Below, one piece after another: positions 57,422 through 64,000 of a stretch of 64,000 nt of DNA. The first letter of the stretch is position 1. The number at the start of each line of letters is the position of its first letter. This stretch comes from a virus. Lineage: Duplodnaviria; Caudoviricetes. Position numbers and translations under genes: made by a program. The DNA is taken from positions 15,990 through 79,989 of IMG/VR virus record IMGVR_UViG_3300021958_000045; one strand, written 5' to 3'. The notes beneath the pieces are model-generated. The model was given only the letters and a program-made list of their open reading frames with translations, made no database searches and was not told the origin of the DNA.

Positions 57422-58150
57422 TCAAGAGTCGATACCTTCTTGAACAAATCCCGTTGCGTCCTTCTTTGCCATACCTTTCTCGATAAGTCCGACAACAACG
57501 CCCTTCTTGTCTAGGAAACGCAAATCGTTTTCGTCACCATTGACAACCTCGTATCCGTGCCATGTTTTGGGAAGTTGGTTACGAAACACGACCGCAACAT
57601 TCCCGCCCATTTCAAGCACCATTTCGCATAACTTGTCGTTAGTTTCCGAACGACTAAAAGTCAAATGATAGTTGCTTGGAAACTCTTTGCCTTTACCAAG
57701 AAAGTGTGCCATGCGTTTGAACGACTTTGTGTAATCATAAAATTGCGTATCCTTAAACTTGTCAAATAAAGAGACTGGACTTGTTTCGCCAAGAAATACA
57801 GATTCCCAAGCTATGTCGCTTGTAAGGTTAAGGCGGAATACGGCTTGCATACCTTTCTTGCTTGCGGTCTTAATCGAACTTGAAATTTCTTTCGATAATT
57901 TTGCGAGAAAGTCTAATTGCTTGTCAAAGAATAACTTTGTCTTGGCAATGCGAGAATCTTGCGTTCTTTGCATTTGCCCACGACCTGCTGTGTTAAGACA
58001 AGACATTGTGCAACCTTTTGACCGCCATTGGCAAACCTCAAATCCTGAAAGATTTGCGGGGGCAAAATGAATTCCCTTTGTTATGTATCCTAGTTTCTCT
58101 CCTTTTACAATTTTGGAGTTTCCTTGAGTAAGCAATGTTTTTGTAATCAT
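57422..58150 (-). CDS. GP88-family phage protein
   Basis: C..RSKGC...CLNTAGRG, RLNLTSDI, FYDYTK, NYHLTFSRSE, GGNVAVVF, GDENDLRFLD. Confidence 0.85.
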   Translation of the reverse strand: MITKTLLTQGNSKIVKGEKLGYITKGIHFAPANLSGFEVCQWRSKGCTMSCLNTAGRGQMQRTQDSRIAKTKLFFDKQLDFLAKLSKEISSSIKTASKKGMQAVFRLNLTSDIAWESVFLGETSPVSLFDKFKDTQFYDYTKSFKRMAHFLGKGKEFPSNYHLTFSRSETNDKLCEMVLEMGGNVAVVFRNQLPKTWHGYEVVNGDENDLRFLDKKGVVVGLIEKGMAKKDATGFVQEGIDS

Positions 58151-58177
58151 ATAAAGAATATAGTCTAGTTAAGTTGT

Positions 58178-58378
58178 TTATGCAAGCCTAAAAAGCAAAT
58201 CTTCGAAAAAATCTGGCTCTAATCCGAACTCGGACATAAAGTTGTCTTCCCATTCAGAGGGTCGACCGCCCGTTGCAAGGTCTTCGGACATTTCACGAAA
58301 AAATGTAGCCGTTTGGTGAATAGCCTCCTCTTTAGTCAATCCGTCTCTTTCAATTAGTATTTTTACAATTCTTTTCAT
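58178..58378 (-). CDS. Acidic hypothetical protein (likely start MKRIV at 58378)
   Basis: ILIERDGLTKEEA...EFGLEPDFFEDL; SD-like AAAGGA. Confidence 0.65.
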   Translation of the reverse strand: MKRIVKILIERDGLTKEEAIHQTATFFREMSEDLATGGRPSEWEDNFMSEFGLEPDFFEDLLFRLA

Positions 58379-58556
58379 AGCAATCCTTTCTTTAGTGTTA
58401 TGTATACAATATAGCAAAGGTAGCAAGCCAAGTCAACACCTTTTTTTATCAAATAATCTTTTTTGCTTTTTATATCATGCAAAATAAATGTTGATCTATA
58501 AAATAACCATTTATCAATCATCAAACCTATGATTCTGCATCTTTTATCATGCAGAT

Positions 58557-58580
58557 TGGCACGAAATCGGCAGGCGATTT
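58557..58580 (+). repeat. Dispersed palindromic/sigma54-like element, copy 6
   Basis: TGGCACGAAATCGGCAGGCGATTT. Confidence 0.85.
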
Positions 58581-58591
58581 TGTAAACAATT

Positions 58592-58620
58592 AAGCCCCAA
58601 GGGCTTACGCCCTTGGGACT
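58592..58620 (-). terminator. GC hairpin terminator
   Basis: CCCAAGGGC-GTAA-GCCCTTGGG on the minus strand after ORF 58649. Confidence 0.7.
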
Positions 58621-58648
58621 ATTTGACTACAACCCTATTTGCTTTGAC

Positions 58649-58891
58649 CTAAAGAGCTTTGGTTCTCCGAAAGGTATTTTTTCCGCTTTTAAGAGCGAGA
58701 ATAGATTTGCGATTTATCTTGCGATAATTGCGTCCTTTTGCCTCGTTAGTATCTACAAAAGTAACGCTTGAGGGCGAATGCCCTACTACCTTTGCAGAAT
58801 AGGCTTGACGAGTTTGCCCATTTTTGACAAGGACAGAAACGAATCGTCCTTGGAGGTTATTGATTACGGATGAGAGATTATGATGTTTCAT
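58649..58891 (-). CDS. Hypothetical protein, possibly SH3-like (likely start MKHHN at 58891)
   Basis: Short beta-rich basic protein; SD-like GAAAGGA. Confidence 0.6.
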   Translation of the reverse strand: MKHHNLSSVINNLQGRFVSVLVKNGQTRQAYSAKVVGHSPSSVTFVDTNEAKGRNYRKINRKSILALKSGKNTFRRTKAL

Positions 58892-58910
58892 ATTGATTTC
58901 CTTTCTAAGA

Positions 58911-59663
58911 TTAAGATTTTGTTGCAAGAGTTAAGCCGACTTCTCCATCAAGAACAGAGTGCAAGGCATCCGAACGCTTTGGAAGTTGCATGACCCCACC
59001 TCTAAGAATTGCGGTAAACCCATTGTACAATGAATTCATGTTGCGATCCTTAAATTCGGGATGTTCGGGGGTTTGCCATTGCTCAACAACATCGGCAATT
59101 TTTGCCTTGCTGATTGCTCCCGACTGATAAGCACGAATGATCAAATCATTTGCTTGAGAATCTGTAACCTCAAAATTCTTGTACGCTTCAATGCGTTCAT
59201 CTTGAGAGTGCCACATTCCTGTCAACTTGCCAATCGTGCGAGCGATAACCTGTGGAAGGTCAGTCATGATGTTTTTTGTATGTCTGCGAGCAAGCACAAT
59301 TTCATTGTGAAAAACGAGATTGTCACAAACAAATGGTGCATCACCTGCACACAAACCTGCAGGAAAGCATTTGTCGTGAGCATTACGCAAACCAAGAATA
59401 GTTCCCCTTTCGGTTTCTTCGCGATCCTTATGTGCGACTTGAAACAAGCCGAAGTAACGCTGACCATAACGAGCGAGATTGTGATTTTCTGCTACAACTT
59501 CGTAGCCATTGTCATTAAGATGTCCACGAACTCTGTCGATAAGATAGCTATGGCTAATTGGTCTCCATGATTCAGTTGCTTGCGGAGTTTCTACCGCACA
59601 AACTTCATCGAAGCCCACTTTAGTATGTTCGCCACCGCAGATGTTTAGGTTTAGTCTATTCAT
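58911..59663 (-). CDS. DUF932-family protein
   Basis: ETPQATESWRPISH, LGLRNAHDK, FVCDNLVF, RRHT. Confidence 0.85.
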   Translation of the reverse strand: MNRLNLNICGGEHTKVGFDEVCAVETPQATESWRPISHSYLIDRVRGHLNDNGYEVVAENHNLARYGQRYFGLFQVAHKDREETERGTILGLRNAHDKCFPAGLCAGDAPFVCDNLVFHNEIVLARRHTKNIMTDLPQVIARTIGKLTGMWHSQDERIEAYKNFEVTDSQANDLIIRAYQSGAISKAKIADVVEQWQTPEHPEFKDRNMNSLYNGFTAILRGGVMQLPKRSDALHSVLDGEVGLTLATKS

Positions 59664-59729
59664 AATTTTCCTTTCGTTTGATTAACTTATGTTTGTAATT
59701 ATCTTAAAATTTCGTGCAATTGTCAAGCC

Positions 59730-59960
59730 CTAATTTTTATAATACTCGTTTCCGTGTGCTCTTAACTTAGTATAAGCATCAGCTTGTTTTGCAATGATTT
59801 TGAGGGCAATGCCAACTTCAGCAAGAAGGTTGACTTGCTCAATAGTAAGGTCTTTTTCTACGGGCTTAATGGCTATTGCAAATACTGCGTCCATTGCCAT
59901 AGTGGTAATCTCAACTGCTGAGGGTTGGTTTTGTTCTTCGTAATTTGGATTTATGTTCAT
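59730..59960 (-). CDS. Hypothetical protein
   Basis: 76 aa, ATGA-coupled to the upstream peptide. Confidence 0.6.
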   Translation of the reverse strand: MNINPNYEEQNQPSAVEITTMAMDAVFAIAIKPVEKDLTIEQVNLLAEVGIALKIIAKQADAYTKLRAHGNEYYKN

Positions 59961-60067
59961 GCTAGTATCTCCTTGTGTTTTAGTTTTCGGTGCAATGTCT
60001 TAGCCTTAACTTTGTGTGGTCGAGACTTGGTAAATAAGATTGGTTTTCTGACTTTGATTTTCTTCAT
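59957..60067 (-). CDS. 36-aa basic peptide, ArfA-like
   Basis: MKKIKVRKPILFTKSRPHKVKAKTLHRKLKHKEILA; TTGCGT promoter upstream. Confidence 0.55.
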   Translation of the reverse strand: MKKIKVRKPILFTKSRPHKVKAKTLHRKLKHKEILA

Positions 60068-60157
60068 TCTATACTTATAATAATAGAGTTTTTTGAGTTA
60101 AACGCAAGCAAAAAAAGCTTAATTCGACATTTTTTTTCGTTTTTTTGGCTTTTAAAG

Positions 60158-60189
60158 TGGCACGAAATCGGCAGGCGATTTTCATGCCA
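60158..60189. repeat. Dispersed element, copy 7: complete two-armed palindrome
   Basis: TGGCACGAAATCG-GCAGG-CGATTTTCATGCCA. Confidence 0.9.
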
Positions 60190-60229
60190 ATCCTATATCT
60201 ATTTGATGAGGTCTATTTATGCAGACATA

Positions 60230-60260
60230 AAAAAACGGGGCCCGCTACGCAGACCCCGTT
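60230..60260 (-). terminator. Rho-independent terminator
   Basis: AACGGGG...CCCCGTTTTTT on the minus strand. Confidence 0.75.
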
Positions 60261-60282
60261 ATAACACCGCACTACCAACTTG

Positions 60283-60573
60283 CTAGACTACCGAACCGTC
60301 TACCTTAAAATTGCTGATCTTGTCAAGACGAAAAGCCTTAATGTAACCTGCAGGATCATTGTTTACCCTTGCAGACAAATAGGCTTTACCCTTGTGTTCA
60401 ACTATTGCTCTGTTGCTCATAGCACCCCACACACGCTCTCCTTGAGAGGATGCGTTAGCACCAATAACAACATTCCTAGTTGTTCCGTTATAGTCAAAGC
60501 TCGCAATAGCAGTTCCACGCCCAAGCAAGTTAGTGATAGTGTTTTTGAGTTTATTCATTTTCATTTTCTTCAT
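60283..60573 (-). CDS. WYL-like domain protein (likely start MKKMK at 60573)
   Basis: FDYNGTTRNV...IKAFRLDKISNF. Confidence 0.55.
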   Translation of the reverse strand: MKKMKMNKLKNTITNLLGRGTAIASFDYNGTTRNVVIGANASSQGERVWGAMSNRAIVEHKGKAYLSARVNNDPAGYIKAFRLDKISNFKVDGSVV

Positions 60574-60607
60574 TATGTTAACATTATCGCATATACGATG
60601 TATAAAG

Positions 60608-60856
60608 TCAAGCACTTTTTCTTTGTTCTTGAAAAAACCTTGATTCGTTGATTTCTTGTATCGCTTCATCAGCATCCTCCTTAGTTTCGAAGTGAACAGG
60701 AATTATATCTTCTTCTCCTGTAAATTCATTCTTAAATTCAAACCATAAATTCCACAAATCAGAACCTTCATCATATTCTGCTTTGTCACTAACAGGTGGC
60801 TTAATACCCAATTCATCATGGTCACATACGGCGTTAATGTAGTCTTGTCTTTTCAT
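60608..60856 (-). CDS. Acidic hypothetical protein
   Basis: 82 aa, D/E- and aromatic-rich. Confidence 0.65.
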   Translation of the reverse strand: MKRQDYINAVCDHDELGIKPPVSDKAEYDEGSDLWNLWFEFKNEFTGEEDIIPVHFETKEDADEAIQEINESRFFQEQRKSA

Positions 60857-60859
60857 ACC

Positions 60860-61003
60860 TTAATTATTGTACATTTGGTTAATCATGTCAACATCAATAT
60901 CATCATCATTTTCTTCTAAAGAAAAGGTTGTCTTGGTGATAACCATTCGTTCTCCAAGTTTAAGTTCAGATTGAATAAATTCTATTGCTTCTTCTAAGTT
61001 CAT
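60860..61003 (-). CDS. Small acidic hypothetical protein (likely start MNLEE at 61003)
   Basis: Start overlaps the upstream stop codon. Confidence 0.5.
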   Translation of the reverse strand: MNLEEAIEFIQSELKLGERMVITKTTFSLEENDDDIDVDMINQMYNN

Positions 61004-61254
61004 TATGCAACCCGAAATACTTCTTTCAACATATTGTATTCTTGAGAACATATAAAGCATTGCCTTACATAATCAATGTCATTATCCTCTACATACTTAA
61101 TTCTTTTTGCAACCTCAAAAGCAGACACTCGTTCACGAGGCATTCCACCCCATTGAATAACGATTCTAGTATGAGGAAAATGTTCTGCAAGTTCATCGCA
61201 TTGTAGAGAGTTTACGAAGCCCATTTGGGAAATTATATCTTTTAGTGTTTTCAT
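61003..61254 (-). CDS. Hypothetical protein (likely start MKTLK at 61254)
   Basis: ORF between coupled neighbours. Confidence 0.6.
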   Translation of the reverse strand: MKTLKDIISQMGFVNSLQCDELAEHFPHTRIVIQWGGMPRERVSAFEVAKRIKYVEDNDIDYVRQCFICSQEYNMLKEVFRVA

Positions 61255-61262
61255 AGTTTTTA

Positions 61263-61673
61263 TCAATACCAACAACTATAATAAATACGATAACCTTTGT
61301 CAAGCATCTTTCTTGCCTCTTCTATAAAATTAAGGTCATGTTGTTTGTACCAATACTCATTCTCAGGGAATGGTTCGTCATTCTCATCATGCCAAAAGTA
61401 TGAGTCAGTACCCCAAAAAAATCCACTTGCTTCGGGTAGCTCAAAGTTCTCAACGGCATCTTCTAAGTTAATCAAATCCGATTCTGTAAGTTGAAGTTCT
61501 ACGCAATTGAATTCTCCATCATCCTCTTTGGCATTAGGGCAACCCTTATCGTTCCAAAGCTGCTCCATCCATCCTTGCAAACGATTATGCTTTCGCCAAT
61601 CACAAATATGTTCGTCATCATCTCCATTGCGTTTGCGTGGAGGGCGAGCGTATGCGTGTTGATCTAAACCCAT
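61263..61673 (-). CDS. Conserved-looking acidic phage hypothetical protein
   Basis: MGLDQHAY...WRKHNRLQGWM...FNCVEL...GFFWG...YYSCWY. Confidence 0.75.
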   Translation of the reverse strand: MGLDQHAYARPPRKRNGDDDEHICDWRKHNRLQGWMEQLWNDKGCPNAKEDDGEFNCVELQLTESDLINLEDAVENFELPEASGFFWGTDSYFWHDENDEPFPENEYWYKQHDLNFIEEARKMLDKGYRIYYSCWY

Positions 61674-61900
61674 TATAAAGAAGCCCCTTCTCTAGAGTCT
61701 TCTAAGAGGCACTCATAGTGATAATCTTTCACATCGTCAATAGCGTCTGCAAGTGCTTCTTCAAATGATTGGATAGTAAAGCCTGGAATGCCCAACTCTT
61801 TGGCTCGTTCCAAATTGATTGGATCGTTTGGGTCTGAATAACGCAAGTTGCCCAAAAAACATTGTTTAGCTTGTGCGATTTGTTCTGCAATAGTTCTCAT
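61673..61900 (-). CDS. Hypothetical protein
   Basis: 75 aa; TTGACA...TAGATT 6 nt before ATG. Confidence 0.6.
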   Translation of the reverse strand: MRTIAEQIAQAKQCFLGNLRYSDPNDPINLERAKELGIPGFTIQSFEEALADAIDDVKDYHYECLLEDSREGASL

Positions 61901-61909
61901 AATAGTAAT

Positions 61910-62059
61910 CTAGTCTTGTTTGTTGCTTTTGTCAACATCTAATTTGAAAATATCTTCGCTTTTATCTTCTGCAAAGAATGTCTCATATGTCATGTGTAAA
62001 ATAAAACCAAAAACTGCAATAGCTGATGGTAAAAGAATAATGTGGTCGATGAGTGTCAT
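61910..62059 (-). CDS. 49-aa single-TM peptide (below the track cut-off)
   Basis: MTLIDHIILLPSAIAVFGFILHMTYETFFAEDK...; ATGA overlap with the upstream gene. Confidence 0.55.
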   Translation of the reverse strand: MTLIDHIILLPSAIAVFGFILHMTYETFFAEDKSEDIFKLDVDKSNKQD

Positions 62060-62457
62060 AATAGTGCTAATACTTGGTTTCCTTCTAGTTTAACTGCGAT
62101 AGAGTAATCTACCATTTGTTCTGTATCTTTGTCAACAAAATTTTTATATCTATATGGATTATATGTAACAGGACGAGCGGTAGGATGATTCTTTTCCCAA
62201 TCTAAATCAATCCATTTTTCTATGTAACCAAGTACTCCCGCATGAACATTCTTGCGATGTTCTGTCAATACTTTTTCTCTGCCGTTTTGATTAACCTTGA
62301 ATGTGCAACTATGCAATGTAAGATTGTTTGTGTGGGCCTTAACTAATCCATCTTGCCTAACGCTCCAACAATCTTTATGTAAGTTTTTGTAAACAAATAC
62401 AGGTCTTTTGAGGTTCAATTTGTATCTTGTTTGTAGTTTCTTAGCTATTGGTATCAT
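62056..62457 (-). CDS. Conserved-looking phage hypothetical protein
   Basis: VFVYKNLHKDCWSV...RKNVHA...VTYNPY. Confidence 0.75.
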   Translation of the reverse strand: MIPIAKKLQTRYKLNLKRPVFVYKNLHKDCWSVRQDGLVKAHTNNLTLHSCTFKVNQNGREKVLTEHRKNVHAGVLGYIEKWIDLDWEKNHPTARPVTYNPYRYKNFVDKDTEQMVDYSIAVKLEGNQVLALL

Positions 62458-62576
62458 ACATGTTAGTTTGACAGTTTTTTGTATAAAGTCAACCCTTTTT
62501 TTCTTTGTAAGTCATTTTTACAACTTATAATTAACAACTTGATTTCTCCATCATTGTGATACACAAATGAAAATAT

Positions 62577-62601
62577 TGGCAGGAAAATCGCCAGGCGATT
62601 T
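62577..62601 (+). repeat. Dispersed palindromic/sigma54-like element, copy 8
   Basis: TGGCAGGAAAATCGCCAGGCGATTT. Confidence 0.85.
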
Positions 62602-62613
62602 CATAAGCAGTTG

Positions 62614-62644
62614 GGCCTCAGGGGCTTACGCTTCCCCTGAGGCC
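62614..62644 (-). terminator. GC hairpin terminator
   Basis: GGCCTCAGGGG...CCCCTGAGGCC with the same GCGTAAGC loop sequence as the 58592 hairpin. Confidence 0.7.
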
Positions 62645-62672
62645 TATTACTACCATGCTATTTGAACTAAAC

Positions 62673-62849
62673 CTAATTCCTTTCTATAATTGCCATAAAA
62701 AAACCCTGAGCAGTTAAGAGCATTGTGGCCTCTGGCCAGAACTCATACATTTGCTTTACCGTAGCGCTTGCCGCCGCGCCAGACTGTTCGAATTTCGCTT
62801 CAAAATATTTTATTGCATCAAAATATGATTCTATTTGAGAGCGATTCAT
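62673..62849 (-). CDS. 58-aa hypothetical ORF (or structured RNA)
   Basis: MNRSQIESYFDAIKY...IIERN; locally GC-rich. Confidence 0.35.
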   Translation of the reverse strand: MNRSQIESYFDAIKYFEAKFEQSGAAASATVKQMYEFWPEATMLLTAQGFFMAIIERN

Positions 62850-62905
62850 TTTAGTCTAAGGTAAAAAAAGATTGATGCGACACATATAAATATCATAAAC
62901 TCCAC

Positions 62906-63151
62906 TTAGTAAACTTCAACAAAGATTGGAGTCATGTCTCCAAAATGTGCCCCTTCAGTATTGAACCAAAAATATTCAGTTGCTTCTTCGTAATCCATGC
63001 CGTCTCGTTTTACTAGGATTTCAATACATTTGTTGATGTCGTATGTTGCTCGTCCTTTTGAATCAATTCCAATAAGTGCTTCATCATATTCGTTATAGAT
63101 AATAGCTTCGTCATCTAAGCTACTTGTAATTCGTTCTTGTTTGGTTTCCAT
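62906..63151 (-). CDS. Conserved-looking phage hypothetical protein
   Basis: DEALIG...YDINKCIEILV.RDGMDYEEA.EYFWFN..GA..G..TPIFV. Confidence 0.75.
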   Translation of the reverse strand: METKQERITSSLDDEAIIYNEYDEALIGIDSKGRATYDINKCIEILVKRDGMDYEEATEYFWFNTEGAHFGDMTPIFVEVY

Positions 63152-63993
63152 GATGTAATTTTATGTTTGAGTTTTTGAGTAAATAAAGACAAATCGAATC
63201 GTTTCTGACCTTCAAGGACATATGACCAATAACGAGTGTCATTGTAGCCCTTCATGTCATCCCAATAATAATGTCTGACCATTGCGGGATCATAACCTCT
63301 TTTTCTGCACTCGTCAATCCAATAGTTCTCTCGGATACGATAAGTTTTTTTGTTCAAAGAACCATTTTCTTGTTCTTTACCAAGATAACGCAAGATATGT
63401 ACATCTAGACAACAGATATCTGCATTAGGATATGCCATCTCAATCACAAACGATGTTTTCGCAAGTCCAATACCATAGACATTATCGGTCAAGCGATCTC
63501 TGTAGTCTTGCCAAGTTTCATCTGTTTTCTTGTAAAATTGGCTAGAGTCTTCCATCCATTGATTGCGAAATCTCCACAACCTATCAGTTCTCATGTTGTA
63601 CAAACCTGCTCTGCATTCAACAAGTTTTTCTCTCAAGAGTTTTTTGTCGTTCATCCACTTGAGGTCTTTGAGTGCCTCGTAGCCTCGCACATTACTTTCC
63701 CATGTAGTATGTATACTCATAAAAGCGAATAACCATACTCTGATAAAGTCAGCTTCTGTTTTGGGGCGAAGTGAATCCCAATAGTTCTGATAAGATTTGA
63801 TTCTGTTTTCATCTATGGAATCAAGCCAATTAGTGAAATAACTTGTGTCGATCCCTAAAGGATAAACATCTTCCATAAAACCAAGGACGGATTGTTTAGC
63901 AACTTTCATAATAGTAATATATCTTTTGTGGTTTATCTTGTCAAGCGTTTCCGTAGGAATACTTCGTCCATACTTCCAAGTCAAAGTCTGCAA
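63115..63993 (-). CDS. HhH-GPD DNA glycosylase/lyase-like protein (start uncertain, possibly 63909)
   Basis: HhH motif VYGIGLAKTSF and catalytic Asp in CLDVHILR. Confidence 0.7.
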   Translation of the reverse strand: MQTLTWKYGRSIPTETLDKINHKRYITIMKVAKQSVLGFMEDVYPLGIDTSYFTNWLDSIDENRIKSYQNYWDSLRPKTEADFIRVWLFAFMSIHTTWESNVRGYEALKDLKWMNDKKLLREKLVECRAGLYNMRTDRLWRFRNQWMEDSSQFYKKTDETWQDYRDRLTDNVYGIGLAKTSFVIEMAYPNADICCLDVHILRYLGKEQENGSLNKKTYRIRENYWIDECRKRGYDPAMVRHYYWDDMKGYNDTRYWSYVLEGQKRFDLSLFTQKLKHKITSWKPNKNELQVA

Positions 63994-64000
63994 CGCTTTT

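Noticed and set aside
61263-61673. Assigning an enzyme name to this conserved-looking ORF
   Set aside because: No catalytic motif is recognisable in 136 aa; left hypothetical
52631-62601. Dispersed ~24-bp repeats as a CRISPR array
   Set aside because: Spacing is 0.3-2.4 kb, orientation is mixed, whole genes lie between copies, and no cas genes are present
62780-62800. GTTCGAAT as a tRNA T-loop
   Set aside because: Flanks do not pair into a T-stem and no cloverleaf can be built

Overview
A 64 kb segment of a large, AT-rich, tailed dsDNA phage genome. The host is not identifiable from the sequence, and no tRNA, rRNA, CRISPR array, integrase or tail sheath gene was seen. There are three zones. 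(1) 1-29786, minus strand: one ORF that starts at ATG 29786 and runs off the left edge without a stop (at least 9,928 codons). It is missing from the supplied ORF track, presumably because it has no stop in the window. It begins as a tape measure protein, then carries an array of cassettes separated by about 24 copies of a G-x-[VI]-P-N-[FY] linker. The cassettes include a complete CCA-adding enzyme with HD domain, a HAD phosphatase, an R-S-E ADP-ribosyltransferase and two PD-(D/E)xK-like domains; EF-hands lie further along. (2) 29.8-51.9 kb: a head/tail module (terminase, portal, protease-scaffold, capsid, neck, three tail-tube paralogues, chaperones), a phage sigma factor with a candidate GTGTA late-promoter motif, a possible holin/u-spanin pair, an orphan MbcA/ParS-like antitoxin domain, a GT29-like glycosyltransferase and Hsp20. 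(3) 52-64 kb: an early/host-takeover-like region of about 35 small genes. Many have their own sigma70-like promoter placed for leaderless translation, and the region is punctuated by a dispersed palindromic repeat that keeps sigma54 GG-N10-GC spacing in all 8 full copies. All domain calls come from manual translation and motif recognition; no database search or structure prediction was run.
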